Shown: in pieces, positions 60,001 through 64,000 of the stretch
How positions within the stretch are numbered: position 1 is the stretch's first letter
Layout: each line of letters starts with the position of its first letter
From: Anaerohalosphaeraceae bacterium
Lineage (GTDB): Bacteria > Planctomycetota > Phycisphaerae > Sedimentisphaerales > Anaerohalosphaeraceae
Direction of reading: 5' to 3'
Assembly (NCBI GenBank): GCA_963675525.2
Contig: CAXXSL010000016.1
Span: forward strand, 736,001-800,000
DNA: 64,000 nt
The notes under the pieces: model-generated
The model's database searches: none
The model's input: the letters and a program-made list of their open reading frames with translations, nothing else
Told to the model about the DNA's origin: nothing
Program-made: the position numbers and the translations under genes

Positions 60001-60611
60001 ATGACATCAAATAACCGAAAACAATCTGTTCATTATTGGTTTGCCAGTTGAATCTTTTTATGCCTGCTGTTTTGTTCATTATGTACGGTCGCCGCGCCTT
60101 CTGGCGGGCCTTACGGCCCGATCTTGCAGCGTTATGAACTGCCGAAGGACGCCGAGCACTTATATTATGTCGCGCCGGACGGCCGGGATGAGTCATCGGG
60201 GGCCACACTAGCCGAGGCGACGACGCTGGGAGAGGCCCTTAAGCGCGTGGTCACGGGCGATGCCATCGTGCTGCGCGGCGGGGCGTACCGCACGAGCGGG
60301 CCGCTGCTGAACCAGATACGCCCTTGATTTATTGGAGTCCAGCACAAAATAGCGTGTGCCAAACGGCCTTTGGTTCGCTGGAAGGGCTGCAAAAAATGCA
60401 TCCGGAATTTGCGGTTCACGGCCGCGGTTTCACCGCCTATAACGGGCCTTTGTTTAAAAGTCCTGAATTAAATAATTACCAATTGTTTGGGGCCTTTGCG
60501 GAATCTAAAACGGCGGCCGTGCCACTTCCGACAGATGTCCGCAACCTTCTCGGCTTATCTGAAAGCATCACCCCGTATACCGGGGCGTATTCATCGCAAC
60601 CTAAAAATTAG
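60001..60611 (+). pseudogene. Remnant of a secreted parallel beta-helix (pectin-lyase-fold) protein
   Basis: PSGGPYGP..YYVAPDG..GDAIVLRGGAYR N-terminal piece abuts a frameshifted short tail; leader interrupted by a stop. Confidence 0.6.
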
Positions 60612-60619
60612 AAAGAGAC

Positions 60620-60960
60620 CTTTTCTCTTGTCAGGTTTTGTGTTGATAACCTGTTAGTTGTTGTTAGGGGTGGGGGGGCAGAGATGCGATAAAATCACAG
60701 GAGTTACTGTTGGAAACAGCGTTCCTGTGAAATTCACAGGCTTGGTGAACAGGTTTTGTGACAGGTTGTCCACAAATCACCTCTTTCGTTTTCTGCTCTA
60801 AGTCCTAATTAAAAAAGGAGTTATATTTCTATTCGTGCTTTGTCTCACAAATTCACCGGGCATATTACAAATACGAATACTTTCTTTTCTTTTATTCTAT
60901 TAATTTATAACCCTTTCATCCTGTGTGGTGTTTTATGGGATTGTGGTTTGTTCAAAAATC
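60620..60960. other. oriC: Candidate replication origin (oriC)
   Basis: DnaA-box-like TGTTGATAA (60641), TTGTCCACA (60766), cctgtgaaattcacagg palindrome (60724), AT-rich tract ~60865-60912; directly upstream of dnaN. Confidence 0.55.
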
Positions 60961-61206
60961 TTAGGAATTAACCTGCATTAGGCCTTTTCAAACACAGCTT
61001 TTTCGGTTACAGTATGGGGTCAAAATAAGACCCTTGGGCGACTTATTTTCGGCCTGAGACAGCAGGCAGGGAGGCTTTTCCTACATTGCCGGCTTCTCGC
61101 TTTCGCAAGAATAGTGAAATAAAGCGGAAACGATATCACAACACGAGGATCGTTCAATAGAGCGACCGTCGTATGAAAAAAAGGAAATTTGAAAAAAGAG
61201 GAAGAC

Positions 61207-62304
61207 ATGAAAGTAAAGTTCAACCGTTCGGCATTACAGGAAGCGTTAAATCTAGTAACCGGTGTTATTCCAAGTAGAACTCCAAAACCGATTTTGCAAT
61301 GTCTGCATATCGCGACCGAAGAGGATTCGGTGCGGATCAGCGCAACGGATTTGGAGGTAGGGATCACCTGTCTTGTGTCGCAGGTTGAGGTTTCCAAGCA
61401 TGGTAATATCGTGGTTCCGGCTGACAAACTTTCTTCAATTGTGCGTGAAAGCTTTGATGACGTGATCGAACTGGAAGCATCCGAGTCGGCGGTTTATCTC
61501 GTTGGTTCTGACAGCCGGTTTACAATTTACAGTCACGACCCAGATCAATATCCGGTTGTGCCGGGGTTTGAGGGTTCGGCTGATATCGAGGTGAAGTTAG
61601 AACGGCTGCAGGAAGGGATCGAGCAGACAGTCTTTGCGGCGGCCAAAGAAAGTACTCGGTACGCATTGAACGGGATTTTGTGGGAACTGCACGGGAAGAA
61701 ATTATCGCTGGTTGCGACGGATGGACGCCGACTGGCCAAGGTTGTGGTTCCTTTGGAAAAGGCCGGACCGTTCCCGGAAGGTCGGACAATTGTGCCGGCG
61801 AAAACAATGAACCTGTTAGATAAAATTCCAATGCGCGACGAGGGAGTCGTGTCGGTTCGATTTGTGAATAATCAAATTGTACTGGGGTGCGAGACGGTTG
61901 TAATCAGTTCAAACCTGGTGGAAGGGAACTTCCCGAAATACGACGATATTATTCCAAAGGACTATACTAACAAACTAACACTGCGGACAGATGCGGTTTT
62001 AAGTGCGGTTCGGCGTGCGGCCCTGCTGGCGAACGAAGACAGTAAAGGGATCAAGCTGGCGCTGGATAAAGGGTCGTTGGTGTTTACCAGCCGGGCCCCG
62101 GAAACCGGTGATGCGCAAATTGATATGGAAGTGGATTATCAAGGTGAACCCATCGAGATCGGATTTAATCCACAATTCCTAATAGATGTGATGCGGGTTA
62201 TTGAGGCGGATGATTTTGAACTGCATTTAGGACAATCAGACCGGCCGGGGTTAATCAAGAGCGGCAGCAATTTCCTATATATCGTCATGCCGGTGAACCT
62301 GTAA
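61207..62304 (+). CDS. dnaN: DNA polymerase III beta clamp
   Basis: ATDLE, RYALNG, VATDGRRL, GNFPKY, IGFNPQFL, VMPV. Confidence 0.96.
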   Translation: MKVKFNRSALQEALNLVTGVIPSRTPKPILQCLHIATEEDSVRISATDLEVGITCLVSQVEVSKHGNIVVPADKLSSIVRESFDDVIELEASESAVYLVGSDSRFTIYSHDPDQYPVVPGFEGSADIEVKLERLQEGIEQTVFAAAKESTRYALNGILWELHGKKLSLVATDGRRLAKVVVPLEKAGPFPEGRTIVPAKTMNLLDKIPMRDEGVVSVRFVNNQIVLGCETVVISSNLVEGNFPKYDDIIPKDYTNKLTLRTDAVLSAVRRAALLANEDSKGIKLALDKGSLVFTSRAPETGDAQIDMEVDYQGEPIEIGFNPQFLIDVMRVIEADDFELHLGQSDRPGLIKSGSNFLYIVMPVNL

Positions 62305-62354
62305 GATGATATAAAAAATCAAACGTTAACAATCAAAATAATCGTCGTATAAAC

Positions 62355-62381
62355 AGACTCCTCACTTCGTTCGGAATGACA
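62355..62381 (-). repeat. GTCA-type REP-like half-unit (tgtcattccgaacgaagtgaggagtct)
   Basis: Same TGTCA head followed by a short hairpin; single copy in the window. Confidence 0.45.
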
Positions 62382-62429
62382 ACGGAAACCGGTGAGGCAT
62401 GATTTTTAATGATTGGTGCAGGAAAACAG

Positions 62430-62789
62430 ATGGACGAAGAAAAACGGCTGCGTGGGGCATCGAGTTGGCAGTATCAGCCCAAAAAAACAAGTTCACGACT
62501 TGGGCAGGAGATCGCCTCTTATCTGAATCACCGGGATCGGGTGTTCGAGAAGAATGCGGCCATCGTCGATGTCTGGCATGATGTGGTGCCGACATTCATG
62601 CAGGCATATTGTCGGCTGGATAAACGCACCGGCAATACGCTTTATATCCAGGTGGTGCCGGGGCCGTATATGCATCAAATGCAGGCACAGGCCGGCGAGA
62701 TACTGGAAAAACTAAAACAGGCTGCCCCGCGCTGCGGGATACAGAAAATTCGTTTAATACCCATGCAACAAAACCATGAGGAGTTATAA
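62430..62789 (+). CDS. DUF721/DciA-like protein
   Basis: W..VVP...CRL....NTLYI.V motif; position between dnaN and gyrB. Confidence 0.7.
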   Translation: MDEEKRLRGASSWQYQPKKTSSRLGQEIASYLNHRDRVFEKNAAIVDVWHDVVPTFMQAYCRLDKRTGNTLYIQVVPGPYMHQMQAQAGEILEKLKQAAPRCGIQKIRLIPMQQNHEEL

Positions 62790-62794
62790 CAGTT

Positions 62795-64000
62795 ATGGCG
62801 GAACAAACGTACGATGCCAGTAATATTAAAATTTTAGAGGGTCTGGAAGCTGTTCGCAAGCGGCCCGATATGTATATCGGCAATCGCCAGGAAGGCGGCC
62901 TGCATCACTTGGTGTATGAGGTGCTGGATAATTCAATCGATGAAGCGCTGGCGGGACGATGCGATAAAATCCTCGTGCATGTTCACATGGACGGAAGTTG
63001 TTCGATTGAAGATAACGGGCCGGGCATTCCGACGGAGATGCACGAAGAGGCCAAGAAAAGCGCACTGGAAGTGGTACTGACCACGTTACACGCCGGCGGC
63101 AAATTCGATAACAAGGCGTACAAAGTTTCCGGCGGCCTGCATGGTGTGGGCGTCAGCGTGGTCAATGCGTTGAGCGAGTGGCTGGAAGCCGATGTGTGGC
63201 GTAACGGCAAGCATTATCATTTCGAATGTGAGCGCGGGATCGCCAAAGGGCCGGTGGCGGAGGTCGGCGAAACGAAGAAGCAGGGAACGCGAATTACGTT
63301 TTTGCCGGATGAGGAAATTTTTACGGAGACGGAATTTAAATTTGAAATCCTGCACAAGCGCATTCGTGAAGTGGCGTATTTGAATGCCGGGGCACATATT
63401 ACATTTCAGGATGACCGGGTCCAGAAGAGCGAAGTTTTTCATTATGAAGACGGCATTAGGGCTTTCGTGCAGTACCTCAACGAAGGCAAGACCGCGGTGT
63501 CAAATATTCTCTATTTTTCAAAAGAAGAGCCGGAAACGGGAATATCCTGTGAGCTGGCACTGCAGTATAACGACAGTTATGCTGAAAATGTTTTGGCGTA
63601 CGCCAATAATATTCGCAACATCGATGGCGGGACGCATCTTTCCGGATTTCGGACGGCATTGACCCGAACCATGAATGCGTATGCCCGTAACGCAAATATG
63701 CTAAAAGGCGGCATAACGCCTGCGGGCGAAGACTTGCGAGAAGGATTGACGGCGGTTATTTCAGTGAAGGTACCGGAACCGCATTTTGAGGCGCAGACGA
63801 AAGTACGATTGTCGAATCCGGAGATTGCAAGTTTTGTCGAGATGATGATTAATGAGCAGCTTGCGATTTATTTAGAAGAGAATCCCGCAGAAGCTAAGCG
63901 TGTTTTAAACAAAGCGATTCAGGCAACCGCGGCTCGCGAAGCAGCTCGCAAGGCGCGTGAATTGACACGACGAAAAGGAGCGCTAAGCAACGCGAATCTA
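62795..64000 (+). CDS. gyrB: DNA gyrase subunit B, 3'-truncated by the window edge (not in the ORF track)
   Basis: MAEQTYDASNIKILEGLEAVRKRPDMYIG, EVLDNSIDE, DNGPGIP, LHAGGKF, SGGLHGVG. Confidence 0.96.
   Translation, partial: MAEQTYDASNIKILEGLEAVRKRPDMYIGNRQEGGLHHLVYEVLDNSIDEALAGRCDKILVHVHMDGSCSIEDNGPGIPTEMHEEAKKSALEVVLTTLHAGGKFDNKAYKVSGGLHGVGVSVVNALSEWLEADVWRNGKHYHFECERGIAKGPVAEVGETKKQGTRITFLPDEEIFTETEFKFEILHKRIREVAYLNAGAHITFQDDRVQKSEVFHYEDGIRAFVQYLNEGKTAVSNILYFSKEEPETGISCELALQYNDSYAENVLAYANNIRNIDGGTHLSGFRTALTRTMNAYARNANMLKGGITPAGEDLREGLTAVISVKVPEPHFEAQTKVRLSNPEIASFVEMMINEQLAIYLEENPAEAKRVLNKAIQATAAREAARKARELTRRKGALSNANL

Noticed and set aside
1..64000. tRNA/rRNA genes
   Set aside because: No cloverleaf with T-loop/CCA and no rRNA-like conserved stretch found by eye in intergenic regions; tRNAscan-SE/Infernal would be decisive

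Overview
Bacterial chromosomal segment. Gene content (two prepilin/H-X9-DG-type pseudopilins, a PEP-CTERM protein, a large carboxypeptidase-regulatory-domain protein, the secG-yicC-gmk-rpoZ-coaC-coaB block) suggests Planctomycetota, plausibly Phycisphaerae; this is inference from gene content only. The window looks origin-proximal: parB with two perfect parS sites (~27.2 kb), and a DnaA-box/AT-rich intergenic region directly upstream of dnaN-DUF721-gyrB (60.6-64 kb), with neither dnaA nor parA next to its usual partner. Most of the window is housekeeping: sulfate assimilation (Rrf2, cysH, cysD, cysN), aroK, purC, purB, pyrE, tpiA, pheA, trxB, der, cstA, cdaA/cdaR, ABC-F. The most interesting accessory signals are: (1) four translationally coupled paralogous DER-motif membrane genes plus an Xre regulator, behind three phased palindromic boxes; (2) a frameshifted four-helix-bundle gene, missed by the ORF track, enclosed by long inverted 7-nt-periodic arms inside a co-oriented gene run; (3) a REP-associated HUH transposase with three cognate hairpin repeats beside a divergent ThyX-like gene; (4) a secreted peptide with repeated CGG(G)DK motifs; (5) an active/inactive Deg protease pair; (6) intergenic patchworks of short-period repeats, including a 10.5-bp-phased CCAA array; (7) an Rh50-type ammonia channel. 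No rRNA, tRNA or CRISPR array was seen. All family calls come from motif recognition by eye; no database search was run.
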